This document shows, piece by piece, positions 1 through 9,242 of a DNA stretch of 64,000 bases (positions within the stretch are counted from its first letter, which is position 1; the number at the start of each line of letters is the position of its first letter). Made by a program: the position numbers and the translations under genes. This DNA is from an uncultured Bacilli bacterium (GTDB lineage: Bacteria > Bacillota_I > Bacilli_A > RF39 > UBA660), in contig CAKOND010000005.1 in NCBI GenBank assembly GCA_934096945.1, positions 18,088-82,087 of the forward strand. Direction: 5' to 3'. A model generated the notes under the pieces. It had not been told where the DNA came from. It ran no database searches and saw only the letters and a list, made by a program, of their open reading frames with translations.

Positions 1-313
1 ATAAAGCTTGAATAACCTCATCAAAACTATGACAATGATTAATCATTGGAGAACATTTAAATTTTTTGTCTTTTACAAATTCAAAGGCATTTGCCTTATA
101 GTGGTATGTAACTCCGGCTCTAGCAATATCTCCGATAGCATAAAGCAAATTTGGTTCAACAATACATTGTTTGTTCGTATACTTAACCCATTCAAATGTA
201 TCTCGCTTACTATCAAAAAACGGATATGGTAAATTGCAATCTTTAAATTTTTTATAGCGTTTATTTTCTTTAAGCTTATAAAAATACAGTTTAATTTTAC
301 TAGATAAATGCAT
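1..313 (-). CDS. hypothetical protein, 5' part (ORF open to left window edge; absent from supplied track)
   Basis: ATG (rc of 311-313) lies 8 nt after GGAG. The frame stays open to nt 1 (MHLSSKIKLYFYKLKENKRYKKFKDCNLPYPFFDSKRDTFEWVKYTNKQCIVEPNLLYAIGDIARAG...). It is more protein-like than track ORFs 8..232 and 73..327. Confidence 0.45.
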   Translation of the reverse strand, partial: MHLSSKIKLYFYKLKENKRYKKFKDCNLPYPFFDSKRDTFEWVKYTNKQCIVEPNLLYAIGDIARAGVTYHYKANAFEFVKDKKFKCSPMINHCHSFDEVIQAL

Positions 314-385
314 TTAAAACACTCCATTCATAAATATTTTGTATATAATAAAACTCGAATATTATATTCGAGTCAAATTTCTAAC

Positions 386-470
386 TGGTGCAGGCGAAGG
401 GACTTGAACCCCCACGGAATATTCCACTAGATCCTAAGTCTAGCGCGTCTACCAGTTCCGCCACGCCTGC
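386..470 (-). tRNA. tRNA-Leu (anticodon UAG)
   Basis: rc reads GCAGGCGTGGCGGAACTGGTAGAC...CTAGA-CTTAGGA-TCTAG...long variable arm...GGTTCAAGTCCCTTCGCCTGCACCA. The anticodon loop is CUUAGGA and CCA is encoded. Confidence 0.9.
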
Positions 471-478
471 AAAATAAA

Positions 479-555
479 TGGTGGACCTCATAGGACTCGA
501 ACCTATGACAACTCGGTTATGAGCCGAGGGCTCTAACCAACTGAGCTAGAGGTCC
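479..555 (-). tRNA. tRNA with CAU anticodon (Met, or Ile2 if lysidine-modified)
   Basis: rc reads GGACCTCTAGCTCAGTTGGTTAGAGC-CTCGG-CTCATAA-CCGAG...TAGGTTCGAGTCCTATGAGGTCCACCA. From memory, the body resembles Firmicute tRNA-Ile(CAU). Confidence 0.85.
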
Positions 556-616
556 ATGACAATATTAATATTACCACATATTTTTATTTATGACAAGTCT
601 TTTTTTCATAAAAATT

Positions 617-652
617 AAAAAACTTAAGCACCCCCCGAAGCTTAAGTTTTTT
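617..652. terminator. bidirectional Rho-independent terminator
   Basis: Stem CTTAAGC (623-629) pairs with GCTTAAG (640-646). It is flanked by an A-run and a T-run. Confidence 0.6.
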
Positions 653-660
653 AAACTAAA

Positions 661-1080
661 TTATTTATCTTGTAACATATTAAGTAAATCAATTTTAAAC
701 ATATCCTTAGATGCGTTAGCTTTAGAAATCATAATGCCTTTATATGTTGTAAGTTCAGATCTATGACCTTCTAAAAGAATATCTGATGGTGTAATAGTTT
801 CTAGAACTACTACTTCATCTTTTTTGTGTACTGTGTAAACTAATTTAACTTCACCATGGATTTGAGCAAACATCTTATCACTTGGTAATTTAAGTTCATA
901 TGTTTCTGTACCATTTTTCTTATTTACAGAAATAAGTTCACCTACAAAATTACCATTTCTAAGTGCTGGATAATAGTCAAAGTTTAATTTCTTAAACGCT
1001 AACATATTATACTTTTTTAAAGCCCTTTCCAATTTTTTAAATTCGTTTTCACAAACGTATTCTAAAACGTATCCTTTCAT
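661..1080 (-). CDS. hypothetical protein (weak RelE/ParE-like core pattern ...KLVYTVHKKDEVVVLETI...)
   Basis: Track ORF 661..1170. I prefer the ATG at 1078-1080 (MKGYVLEY...), preceded by a GGGGG Shine-Dalgarno. A terminator lies downstream. Confidence 0.55.
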   Translation of the reverse strand: MKGYVLEYVCENEFKKLERALKKYNMLAFKKLNFDYYPALRNGNFVGELISVNKKNGTETYELKLPSDKMFAQIHGEVKLVYTVHKKDEVVVLETITPSDILLEGHRSELTTYKGIMISKANASKDMFKIDLLNMLQDK

Positions 1081-1240
1081 TTTTCCATACCCCCTAATTA
1101 CTCGAACAATTATATTATACCACAAACTGCAATTTTTGTCAAATTCGTGTAAATTTATCATATTGTTCATAGTATTTTCACATTGGAGCTAAATTATAAC
1201 ACGTTCGACACCGTTTGTCAAATTTTTTACCTCAAATTAT

Positions 1241-1263
1241 GAAAAAAAGCCCATTTTAGGCTT
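1241..1263 (-). terminator. Rho-independent terminator after smc
   Basis: On the minus strand the sequence is AAGCC-taaaatg-GGCTT followed by TTTTTTT. It overlaps the smc stop codon. Confidence 0.55.
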
Positions 1264-4192
1264 AATTTTCGAGCTTTGCACTAACTATTTTACTAACACC
1301 AGACTCTTGCATTGTAATACCATATAATGAATCCGCATATTCCATCATTCTCTTTTTGTGAGTTATAACTATAAACTGACTTCTAGTCTTTTCTTCACTT
1401 AAATACTTACCAAACATATCAACATTTACTTCATCAAGTGCTGCTTCTGCTTCATCTAAAATGACAAATGGTGATGGCTTAACTTCAAGCATTGCAAATA
1501 GTAAACATATCGCTGTCAAAGCTTTTTCTCCCCCACTTAAGGCAACCGGTGAGTTTATTTTCTTTCCTGGTGGAATAGCTATAATATCAATACCTGTATT
1601 AAGTAGGTCATCTGGGTCACTCAAAGCAAGTTCCCCTCGTCCACCTTTAAACATCATCTTAAATATTTTACTAAATTCTTGTTTGATACTTTCAAATGAT
1701 TTAGCAAACTTTTCAACCATTATATCATCCATTTCCTTAATAATACCTTTAAGCTCCATAGATGCACTTTCCAAATCAAATTTTTGACTGGTTAAAAATT
1801 CATATCTTTTAGAAATTCTTTCATATTCTTCGATTGAACCCAAGTTTACATTACCAAGTTTATTTAATTCTCTTTTTAAATTAGATACATGGTCACGTGC
1901 TATATCAGCATCCATCTCTAAAGTATAACTTGATGATGCAGCTTCATAAGTTAAATTATAATTATTATTTAAATCCCCAAGTAAATTATCAAGTTTAACT
2001 TCTAATTTTCCTGATGAAACTTCCTTACTCTTTAGTTCATTATTTACTATATTATAACTACTACTACTATCTCTAAGTTTTTTATCTAAAATATTAATTT
2101 CATCATTTAAATCATTCTTTTCTTTAGTAATTAACTTAATATCTTTTTCAATTAATTCACGTGTTTTACTTAGATTATTTATTTTTTCCATTAATTTCAT
2201 CAAATGATCATAAAGGTTATTCGACTTCATATCATTTATACCTTCAAGTTCACTTAATACATTCTTATGTTCTTCATTAAGTCTACTTAAATTTGTCTTT
2301 TTATTAAATAATTCATCATTTAATAATATTACATATTTATTTAAGACGTTTTCTCTTTCTTCAAGTTCTTCCATATTATTGGTAATGTCATTAACTTCAT
2401 CAGTTAAATCTTTAATCTTAATATCCATTTTTTGAAGTTCACTCTTAAGTTTATTAAGTTCATTCTTTTCATTTAACATTGTATTTTTCTTACTTGTACC
2501 CCCGGTAATAGAACCACCTACATGAAGTATTTCCCCATCAAGTGATACAACCTTATATTTATAATTAATAAGTTTACCTATAATATTTAAAGTTCTTTCA
2601 TTATCAACTACTACTACTTGGCCAAGTTGGTTTTCTACTATATTTCGGTATTTTGGATCAAAATCTATTAAATCACTTAATATACCAATATAACCATTAA
2701 TATTTTTAATATCATCAATTACTTCATTATTTACATATTTTCCTTTTATAACATTAAGTGGGAAAAATGTAGCTCTACCAAGTTTTCTTTCTTTTAAGAA
2801 ATCTATGGCATTTAATGCAGCATTTTCATCATCAACTACTAAAAAGTTACTGCTTGCACCTAATGCTATATCAGTTGCTACTAAATATTTTTCAGGAATA
2901 TCTATAAGTTTACCAATTGTATTATGAATACCATGAAGTCTTGGATTATTTAAAATATTTCGCACAGATACCGGAGCAGATTCAGCACTTAAAATATTAT
3001 TTTCTAAAATTTGAATTTTATTTTCAAGTAAGAATTTAGCTTTACTTGTATCCATTAAAGTATTACTTGCTGTACTTTTCTTAACCTTTAAAACAAGCAA
3101 ATTATTTTTTACATCTTCTCCCTTGCTTCTTTCTGAATTTATACTATTTTCAATATCTAAAACTTCTCTTTCACAAAGAGTAATATTTTTATTTAATTCA
3201 AGTTCTTTTTCTTTAAGTTTAATTAAATTATTTTCAAGTACATCATTATTTGCTTCATATTTTTGTCTTTCAATAGTAAGTTTCTTTTCACCATTTAAAT
3301 CACTTAAATTTTCTGTTACTTTTAAAAGTTCTTCTTTCTTTTTATTTAATTTTTCTTCAAGTTCTAAACTTCTAAACTTAAGAGCTTCTAATTTACTATC
3401 TTCAGTGTTATCTTTTAAAGTAAGCAATTTTTCTTTTAAGTTCTTAATTTCTTCAGAAATTTTAGTATATTCAAGATTTAAATCTGTTATATCCTTAGCT
3501 ATTAAAGCGATATCTATACTTTCAAGTTCATCTTTTATATTTAAGTATTTTTGTGCCACAACACTTTGTTCTTTTAATGGTTCAACAGTTGTTGATAGCT
3601 CATCAATAACCAGTTTAATACGCATTAAATTTTCTTCAGTTTTTTCAAGTTTTTTAAGTGATTCTTCTTTACGTTTTTTGTATTTTAAAACACCTGCGGC
3701 ACTTTCAAAAATAACTCTTCGATCACTTGATTTTGAATTAACAATATCTGTTACATTTCCTTGACTTATGATATTAAAAGCATTTGTTCCAGCACCAGAA
3801 TCTATAAATAAATCTGTTACATCTTTAAGTCTAACTCTAGCATTATTTATAAAATATTCATTTTCACCAGTTGAATAAACAATTCTTTTTATTTCTACTT
3901 CTTTAAAATCACTATGTAAATAATGATCACTATTATCAAAAACTAAAGCAACCATAGCTCTTTTTTGAGCTTCTCTTGACTCACTTCCACTAAAAATACA
4001 ATCAGTCATATTATTTTGACCACGCAAAGATTTTACAGATTGCTCACCTAAAACCCATCTAACAGCATCAACAATATTACTTTTGCCACTTCCATTTGGT
4101 CCAACAATCCCAGTTATTCCTGGATTTATTTCTAAATCTAATTTATCTGCAAAAGACTTAAAGCCTTGTGCTCTAATACTTTTTAAATACAT
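1262..4192 (-). CDS. smc: chromosome segregation protein SMC
   Basis: 976 aa. Walker [10 protein letters not shown], long coiled coils, signature [11 protein letters not shown], Walker [11 protein letters not shown]. Confidence 0.95.
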   Translation of the reverse strand: MYLKSIRAQGFKSFADKLDLEINPGITGIVGPNGSGKSNIVDAVRWVLGEQSVKSLRGQNNMTDCIFSGSESREAQKRAMVALVFDNSDHYLHSDFKEVEIKRIVYSTGENEYFINNARVRLKDVTDLFIDSGAGTNAFNIISQGNVTDIVNSKSSDRRVIFESAAGVLKYKKRKEESLKKLEKTEENLMRIKLVIDELSTTVEPLKEQSVVAQKYLNIKDELESIDIALIAKDITDLNLEYTKISEEIKNLKEKLLTLKDNTEDSKLEALKFRSLELEEKLNKKKEELLKVTENLSDLNGEKKLTIERQKYEANNDVLENNLIKLKEKELELNKNITLCEREVLDIENSINSERSKGEDVKNNLLVLKVKKSTASNTLMDTSKAKFLLENKIQILENNILSAESAPVSVRNILNNPRLHGIHNTIGKLIDIPEKYLVATDIALGASSNFLVVDDENAALNAIDFLKERKLGRATFFPLNVIKGKYVNNEVIDDIKNINGYIGILSDLIDFDPKYRNIVENQLGQVVVVDNERTLNIIGKLINYKYKVVSLDGEILHVGGSITGGTSKKNTMLNEKNELNKLKSELQKMDIKIKDLTDEVNDITNNMEELEERENVLNKYVILLNDELFNKKTNLSRLNEEHKNVLSELEGINDMKSNNLYDHLMKLMEKINNLSKTRELIEKDIKLITKEKNDLNDEINILDKKLRDSSSSYNIVNNELKSKEVSSGKLEVKLDNLLGDLNNNYNLTYEAASSSYTLEMDADIARDHVSNLKRELNKLGNVNLGSIEEYERISKRYEFLTSQKFDLESASMELKGIIKEMDDIMVEKFAKSFESIKQEFSKIFKMMFKGGRGELALSDPDDLLNTGIDIIAIPPGKKINSPVALSGGEKALTAICLLFAMLEVKPSPFVILDEAEAALDEVNVDMFGKYLSEEKTRSQFIVITHKKRMMEYADSLYGITMQESGVSKIVSAKLEN

Positions 4193-4843
4193 CTATTTCA
4201 CCGCACTTTTTTTCAAAGCATCTAAAGCTGCATTTTGCTCTGCTTCTTTTTTGCTTTTGCCAATTCCCTTTCCATATACAATATTATCAATTTTTACTGC
4301 CATTTCAAATGTCTTATCATGAGCTTCACCATATTCATTTAATAAAACATATTCAAGTGAGCGTCTTGTTGTTTGTACGGCTTCTTGAAGTATTGTTTTA
4401 TAATCTGTATTAAAATCTCTTTTTTCTTTTATATAAGGAATAATTATATCATCTAAATACTTTTTAACAACATCATAACCTTGATCAAGATAAATAACTG
4501 CTGCAACTGCTTCAAAAACATCAGCTATAATTGTATCATTTAAATTATGAATTTGCCCATGTCCAAGCCTAATACATTTATCAATACCAATATCACGAGA
4601 ATAACACGCTAAAGCTTTTTCACAAACATAATTTGCTCTAATTTTAGTCATTTCTCCTTCTTTATAATCCGTATTTAAATAAAGATATTCACTAGTTACA
4701 GCTTCAAGTATAGCATCTCCTAAATATTCAAGTCTTTCATAATTTTCACAATTATGTTCATTTGAATAACTACTATGCGTAAGGGCTGTCTTTAAAAGTT
4801 CTTCATTATTAATTTTAATGCCCATGTTTTCTAAAAATTTCAT
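4193..4843 (-). CDS. rnc: ribonuclease III
   Basis: [12 protein letters not shown] signature and a C-terminal dsRBD ([16 protein letters not shown]). It lies immediately upstream of smc. Confidence 0.95.
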   Translation of the reverse strand: MKFLENMGIKINNEELLKTALTHSSYSNEHNCENYERLEYLGDAILEAVTSEYLYLNTDYKEGEMTKIRANYVCEKALACYSRDIGIDKCIRLGHGQIHNLNDTIIADVFEAVAAVIYLDQGYDVVKKYLDDIIIPYIKEKRDFNTDYKTILQEAVQTTRRSLEYVLLNEYGEAHDKTFEMAVKIDNIVYGKGIGKSKKEAEQNAALDALKKSAVK

Positions 4844-4934
4844 AATATCATATCCATTTCTATACCATTATAACAAATTTTTTCTAATTTGAAAACATTT
4901 ACAAACGAATAATTTTATAGTACAATTTATAAAG

Positions 4935-5168
4935 GTGATGTATTTGAAAAAATTAATCATTTATTTGATACGTGGATATCAAGTTACACCTCTTCATAGC
5001 CATAGTATGTGCCGCTTTACTCCGACTTGTAGTGAGTATATGATTGAAGCACTAGAAGCTTATGGTTTACGAAAAGGCCTACTTCTTGGCATAAAAAGAA
5101 TATTTAAATGTAATCCATTTGGTAAATTTGGTTATGATGAACTTAAAAAGGAAGGAAAAAATTTATGA
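4935..5168 (+). CDS. yidD: membrane protein insertion efficiency factor YidD
   Basis: Contains YQ..PL....[12 protein letters not shown]....G...G..L...R...CNPF. The start is uncertain (GTG 4935, ATG 4938 or TTG 4944). Confidence 0.85.
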   Translation: MMYLKKLIIYLIRGYQVTPLHSHSMCRFTPTCSEYMIEALEAYGLRKGLLLGIKRIFKCNPFGKFGYDELKKEGKNL

Positions 5169-6019
5169 AAAAAATATTTTTATTAATACTTAGTTTATTT
5201 TTACTAACAGGTTGTAGTTTAAAAAAGGATAATTTAGAAAATACTACAATTTATACTACGATTTATCCAATTAAATACTTAACAGAATTTATGTACAAAG
5301 ATTATTCAACAATTGAAAGTATTTACCCCGCTGGTGCTGATGTTACAACATATGAACTTACTGATAAACAATTAAAAAATTATGCTAAAGGAGATTTATT
5401 TATTTATAATGGTTTAAGTAATGAAAAGACTATAACTAAAAACTTAATCAATAAAAATAGAAATCTTCTTATTATAGACGTTTCAAATGGCCTTTCATAT
5501 ACTTATGGTATTAAAGAATTATGGATGAGTCCAAATAACTATTTAATGCTTGCTAAAAACATTAGAGATTATTTAAAAGAATATTTAGAAAGTAAAATTA
5601 TATCTGAATATGTAGATGAAAAATATAACGATTTATCAGAAATTTTATCAATAAAAGATGCTGACTTAAGGGCAATTGGTAAAGAAGCACAAAGCAAAGG
5701 TACAAATACTTTGGTAGTTAGTGACAATACATTTAAATTTTTAGAAAATTATGGATTTAATATTGTATCTTTAGATGAAGAAACTTTAACTGAAGGAACA
5801 CTTAATTCAATAAAAAATAATTTTAAAAAGGAAACTTATACGACAATATTTGTTTTAGATAATAATTATACTGATAATATTAATTCTATTGTAAATGATT
5901 ATAAAGCAAAAACTATTGATGTTAAGTCAATGATTAATGTAGATAGTAATGATAATGATGATTATTTAACTGTTATGCAAGATTTTATTGATAATATTAG
6001 AAATTTTTGCATTAGATAA
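5165..6019 (+). CDS. ZnuA/TroA-like (cluster A) solute-binding lipoprotein
   Basis: Lipobox LLTGC. The pattern TIYPIKYL...[13 protein letters not shown]...[11 protein letters not shown] resembles metal-binding SBPs, but the usual His ligands are not evident. ATGA overlap with yidD. Confidence 0.65.
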   Translation: MKKIFLLILSLFLLTGCSLKKDNLENTTIYTTIYPIKYLTEFMYKDYSTIESIYPAGADVTTYELTDKQLKNYAKGDLFIYNGLSNEKTITKNLINKNRNLLIIDVSNGLSYTYGIKELWMSPNNYLMLAKNIRDYLKEYLESKIISEYVDEKYNDLSEILSIKDADLRAIGKEAQSKGTNTLVVSDNTFKFLENYGFNIVSLDEETLTEGTLNSIKNNFKKETYTTIFVLDNNYTDNINSIVNDYKAKTIDVKSMINVDSNDNDDYLTVMQDFIDNIRNFCIR

Positions 6020-6063
6020 TTGACAAGAACCTACTTTTATATTAAAATATAGAAGTAGCTTAT

Positions 6064-6156
6064 GGAGTAGTACTCAAGAGGCTGAAGAGGGATCCCTGCT
6101 AAGGATTTAGGTCGGCGAATGCTGGCGCGGAGGTTCAAATCCTCTCTACTCCGCCA
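6064..6156 (+). tRNA. tRNA-Ser (anticodon GCU)
   Basis: GGAGTAG acceptor, anticodon stem GATCC/GGATT with loop CUGCUAA, long variable arm, GGTTCAAATCC T-loop, encoded CCA. Confidence 0.9.
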
Positions 6157-6166
6157 TTTAAGCAAT

Positions 6167-6198
6167 TAAAAAGCTTCCGATTTTCGGAAGCTTTTTTA
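6167..6198. terminator. Rho-independent terminator after tRNA-Ser
   Basis: AAGCTTCCG-atttt-CGGAAGCTT followed by TTTTT. Confidence 0.8.
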
Positions 6199-6227
6199 TG
6201 ATACATAATAGCAATTAACTTTTTGGC

Positions 6228-6256
6228 TTGACATGTGATAAAAAATTATTTACAAT
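6228..6256 (+). promoter_or_regulatory. sigma-A type promoter (TTGACA-17-TACAAT)
   Basis: TTGACA at 6228-6233, a 17-nt spacer, TACAAT at 6251-6256. No plus-strand CDS lies downstream. Confidence 0.5.
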
Positions 6257-6262
6257 TAAGTC

Positions 6263-6350
6263 AACAAAGGATTTTTACATCCAGTTAATTGATTTAATGG
6301 TCTATACGACCCAGTTAGGATAGTTCTTATATAAGAGCTGTCCTTTTATA
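6263..6350 (+). ncRNA. candidate small RNA (~88 nt) between promoter and intrinsic terminator
   Basis: A ~10-bp hairpin GGATAGTTCT..AGAGCTGTCC (6318-6343) is followed by TTTTAT. It is preceded by the promoter at 6228-6256. Confidence 0.3.
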
Positions 6351-6427
6351 ATGCAATATGTCTATACTTTAGTTTTAATGGTATAACTTAACAATAACTT
6401 TTTCAATTTATATTAAAACTTACAAAT

Positions 6428-6527
6428 AAAAAAATGAGCTTTCCCCCGACTAAAGGAACCCACAAGGCAAGCTTGCTGGTATGTAATTTACATATCCTTT
6501 AGTAACTCGGCGAACTACTAACTCACC
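6428..6527 (-). ncRNA. candidate structured small RNA (~100 nt), unknown family
   Basis: A minus-strand promoter TTGACA-17-TATTAT (6534-6562) lies upstream. In the RNA, CUAAAGGA pairs with UCCUUUAG, UUCGCCGA with UCGGGGGA, and UGAG-UU with AAGCUCA. The RNA ends in a U7 tract. Confidence 0.3.
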
Positions 6528-6533
6528 TAGCTA

Positions 6534-6562
6534 ATAATAACATAAAATTCATTATTTGTCAA
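6534..6562 (-). promoter_or_regulatory. sigma-A type promoter (TTGACA-17-TATTAT)
   Basis: The rc of 6557-6562 is TTGACA and the rc of 6534-6539 is TATTAT. The spacer is 17 nt. Confidence 0.45.
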
Positions 6563-6672
6563 AAAGCAAAAACATCATGGATAATTTATAATTTTTGTGA
6601 TAAATTTTTACCGCCGTTTTACCGCATAATATATGGAAAAAGTGGAAAATATGGAAAATACAGATGGTAACA

Positions 6673-6700
6673 GAAAAAGAAAAAGCCCGTTTTATCGGAC
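6673..6700 (-). terminator. terminator of tRNA-Ile/tRNA-Glu transcription unit
   Basis: On the minus strand: GTCCG-ataaaa-CGGGC followed by TTTTTCTTTTTC. Confidence 0.5.
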
Positions 6701-6714
6701 TTTTGAATACTAAT

Positions 6715-6791
6715 TGGTGACCCGTACGGGATTTGAACCCATGTATGCATGCGTGAAAGGCATGTGTGTTAAACCGCTTCACCAACGGGCC
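6715..6791 (-). tRNA. tRNA-Glu (anticodon UUC)
   Basis: rc reads GGCCCGTTGGTGAAGCGG...CATGC-CTTTCAC-GCATG...GGTTCAAATCCCGTACGGGTCACCA. Confidence 0.9.
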
Positions 6792-6799
6792 ATACTTAA

Positions 6800-6876
<77 letters not shown>

Positions 6877-7052
6877 ACTAACAAAACCTTTTTCATTTTA
6901 CACTATTTTTTTAAGTTTTGCAATAGTTTTTTGAAAATTTCTTTTTAATTTTTTCTTTACATCTTAACGACGTAATAAAATTATACTATATAATTTATGT
7001 CTTGTAAATATAAAAATGATATTTTTGTGAAAATTTGTCAAAAAAAGAATAT

Positions 7053-8858
7053 TTATAGTTTCTTTATAAATATTCTTAAACTGTTTAACACTGATATTAT
7101 AGTTACTCCGACATCTGCAAATACAGCAAGCCATATTGGTGTTATACCTAAAATTGCAAGTACTAACATAATTATTTTAAACATTATGGCAAATATAATA
7201 TTAGACAATACTATTTTCTTTGTTATTTTGCTTATTTTGATAGCATCAGCAAGATTACTTAAATCATCTTTCATTAAAACTATATCACTAGCTTCAATTG
7301 TGGCATCACTACCTATTCCTCCCATAGCTATACCAACATCTGCACATTTTATAACCGGAGCATCATTTATTCCATCACCAACAAAAGCTGTTTTATTTTT
7401 CATTTTATATTCTTCTAAAATATTCACCTTATCTTGAGGAAGTAAATTACCATATGCTTTATCTAAATTTAACTTTTTTGAAATAATATTTACTACTTCT
7501 TCAGCATCACCAGATAACATTATTAAATTATTTATACCATCATTTCTTAGTTTATCTAAACTTTCTTTAGCATTTGTCTTTATTTTATCACTTATTACTA
7601 TATACCCAAGTAACTTTTTGTTTTTAGCAACATATACAATTGTACCTAGTTCTTTATTTTCTTCTACATCCATTTTGTTATATTTTAATAATTTTTTATT
7701 ACCCACTAAAATATTATCTTTACCAATAATGCAGCTTATCCCCGCTCCGCTTATTTCCTTAGCATTAGTTATTTTACTTTTAATTTCCTTTCCATAAGCT
7801 TTTTTAATAGATAAGGCAATTGGATGATTAGAGTTAGCTTCTGCTTCTGCTGCAAGCTTTAATAGCTCAACATCTTTATTATTTGCACTATATATCTTTG
7901 TTACTTCAAACACTCCTTCTGTAATTGTACCAGTTTTATCAAATATAATAGTATGTATATTTACTAAATCATCTAATATGTTACTACCTTTAACAAGTAT
8001 TCCTTCTTTGCTACATTTACCTATGCCAGAAAAATAACCTAAAGGAACTGATATAACTAAAGCACATGGACAAGAAATAACAAGCATTTCTAAAGCTCTA
8101 TATAACCATGTGTTAAAATTGCCCCCTAAAATGGTGGGAATAATTATAATTAAAATGGCAAGAAGGACAACAATTGGAGTATAAACTTTAGAAAATCTAG
8201 TAATAAACTTTTCAGTTTTAGTTTTCTTTTCTTCTGATTTTTCTAAAATTTCTATTATTCTACTAGCTGTACTTGTTTCAAATGTTTTAGTGGCCTTTAC
8301 TTCAAGTACACCTTCTAAATTTATTGTACCACTTAAAACTTCACTATTTTTATAAACTGCACGTGGCACTGTTTCACCTGTTAGGCTTGAAGTATCTAAG
8401 TGACTTTCACCTTTTATTATAATTCCATCAAGAGCAACCTTTTCACCAGGTGTTACTACAAAAATATCTCCAACATTTGCATTATTTACATCTGTAATAC
8501 CAATATCTTTCAAATTTATTTTATCACTTCTTAAATCCATTAATTCCACTATTGCTTTTTTAGAGTTATTTACTGCTAAATCTGATAAATATTCACCAAT
8601 TGAAAATAATAACATGACTAAAACAGCTTCTGGATACTCACCGATATAAAATGCACCTAAAGTTGCAATAATCATAAGAAGGTTTTCATCAAATATTTTC
8701 CCTTCTCTAATATTTTTAAAAGCATTAAAATAAACTTCTTTAGAAATAAAAACATAACTTATTACTAAAAGGTATATATTTTCATTAAAAATCATGCCTA
8801 ATACTAGTAATATAATACTAATTATTATTCTAATTAAATCTTCATTTATCTTTTTCAT
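7053..8858 (-). CDS. heavy-metal translocating P1B-type ATPase (Cd/Zn/Co-type; no N-terminal metal-binding domain)
   Basis: CPC motif (VISCPCALVIS), DKTGTIT phosphorylation site, SNHPIA, GDGINDAP hinge. Overlaps the upstream arsR-family gene. Confidence 0.9.
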   Translation of the reverse strand: MKKINEDLIRIIISIILLVLGMIFNENIYLLVISYVFISKEVYFNAFKNIREGKIFDENLLMIIATLGAFYIGEYPEAVLVMLLFSIGEYLSDLAVNNSKKAIVELMDLRSDKINLKDIGITDVNNANVGDIFVVTPGEKVALDGIIIKGESHLDTSSLTGETVPRAVYKNSEVLSGTINLEGVLEVKATKTFETSTASRIIEILEKSEEKKTKTEKFITRFSKVYTPIVVLLAILIIIIPTILGGNFNTWLYRALEMLVISCPCALVISVPLGYFSGIGKCSKEGILVKGSNILDDLVNIHTIIFDKTGTITEGVFEVTKIYSANNKDVELLKLAAEAEANSNHPIALSIKKAYGKEIKSKITNAKEISGAGISCIIGKDNILVGNKKLLKYNKMDVEENKELGTIVYVAKNKKLLGYIVISDKIKTNAKESLDKLRNDGINNLIMLSGDAEEVVNIISKKLNLDKAYGNLLPQDKVNILEEYKMKNKTAFVGDGINDAPVIKCADVGIAMGGIGSDATIEASDIVLMKDDLSNLADAIKISKITKKIVLSNIIFAIMFKIIMLVLAILGITPIWLAVFADVGVTIISVLNSLRIFIKKL

Positions 8859-9151
8859 AGTTTTATTCCTTCTTTAATGTGTTCAAGTCCACATTCTATT
8901 ATTATTTTAATATGATTATCAGCAATACTATAATATATTACTTGTCCTTCTTTTCTAGTTTTAACTAAATTAGTACTTCTTAAATAGCTTAACTGGTGAG
9001 ATACAGCTGATGCACTTACTTTTATTTTGTTTGATATATCACCAACAGAGGTTTCGTTTTCAAGTAATACTTCAAGTATTCTAAGTCTTGTTGTGTCACT
9101 AAATACTTTAAAGAACTCACTTAATTCATTAATTATTTTAATATCTTCCAT
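8855..9151 (-). CDS. ArsR/SmtB family metalloregulator
   Basis: 98 aa. FKVFSDTTRLRILEVL ... SASAVSHQLSYLR winged-HTH pattern. Confidence 0.9.
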   Translation of the reverse strand: MEDIKIINELSEFFKVFSDTTRLRILEVLLENETSVGDISNKIKVSASAVSHQLSYLRSTNLVKTRKEGQVIYYSIADNHIKIIIECGLEHIKEGIKL

Positions 9152-9161
9152 ATTTTCTCCT

Positions 9162-9188
9162 TATATGAATATCTGTTCATATATTCAT
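9162..9188. promoter_or_regulatory. candidate ArsR-type operator (inverted repeat) overlapping the -10 box
   Basis: ATGAATAT-ctgttcat-ATATTCAT, with an inner imperfect TGAATA-tc-TGTTCA. It lies just upstream of the RBS of the arsR-ATPase operon. A TATAAT (rc of 9187-9192) is adjacent. Confidence 0.45.
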
Positions 9189-9242
9189 TATACTTTTATT
9201 ATAGGATTATCGCAACTAAAAAGAAGTAACTTTACATTACTT

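Noticed and set aside
8-327. Track ORFs 8..232 (+) and 73..327 (-).
   Set aside because: The translations are implausible. A different minus-strand frame with an SD + ATG at 313 stays open to the window edge and is preferred.
1461-4322. Plus-strand ORFs 1461..1787, 3123..3764 and 4083..4322 opposite smc/rnc. Many similar antisense ORFs occur elsewhere (for example 6997..7437, 9027..9413, 9934..10287, 16222..17000, 28196..28726, 50579..50993, 61052..61363).
   Set aside because: All lie antisense to strongly supported genes. They have S/F/L/I-rich low-complexity translations typical of the reverse frame of AT-rich coding DNA, and no RBS or motif support.
6428-6527. Possible small SRP (4.5S-like) RNA, because of the ~100-nt hairpin-like fold and an ACCAGCA stretch.
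   Set aside because: There is no GGAA/GNRA-capped helix 8 with the AGG/AGCA symmetric loop arrangement. The fold has a multi-branch core rather than a rod, so it is left as an unknown sRNA candidate.
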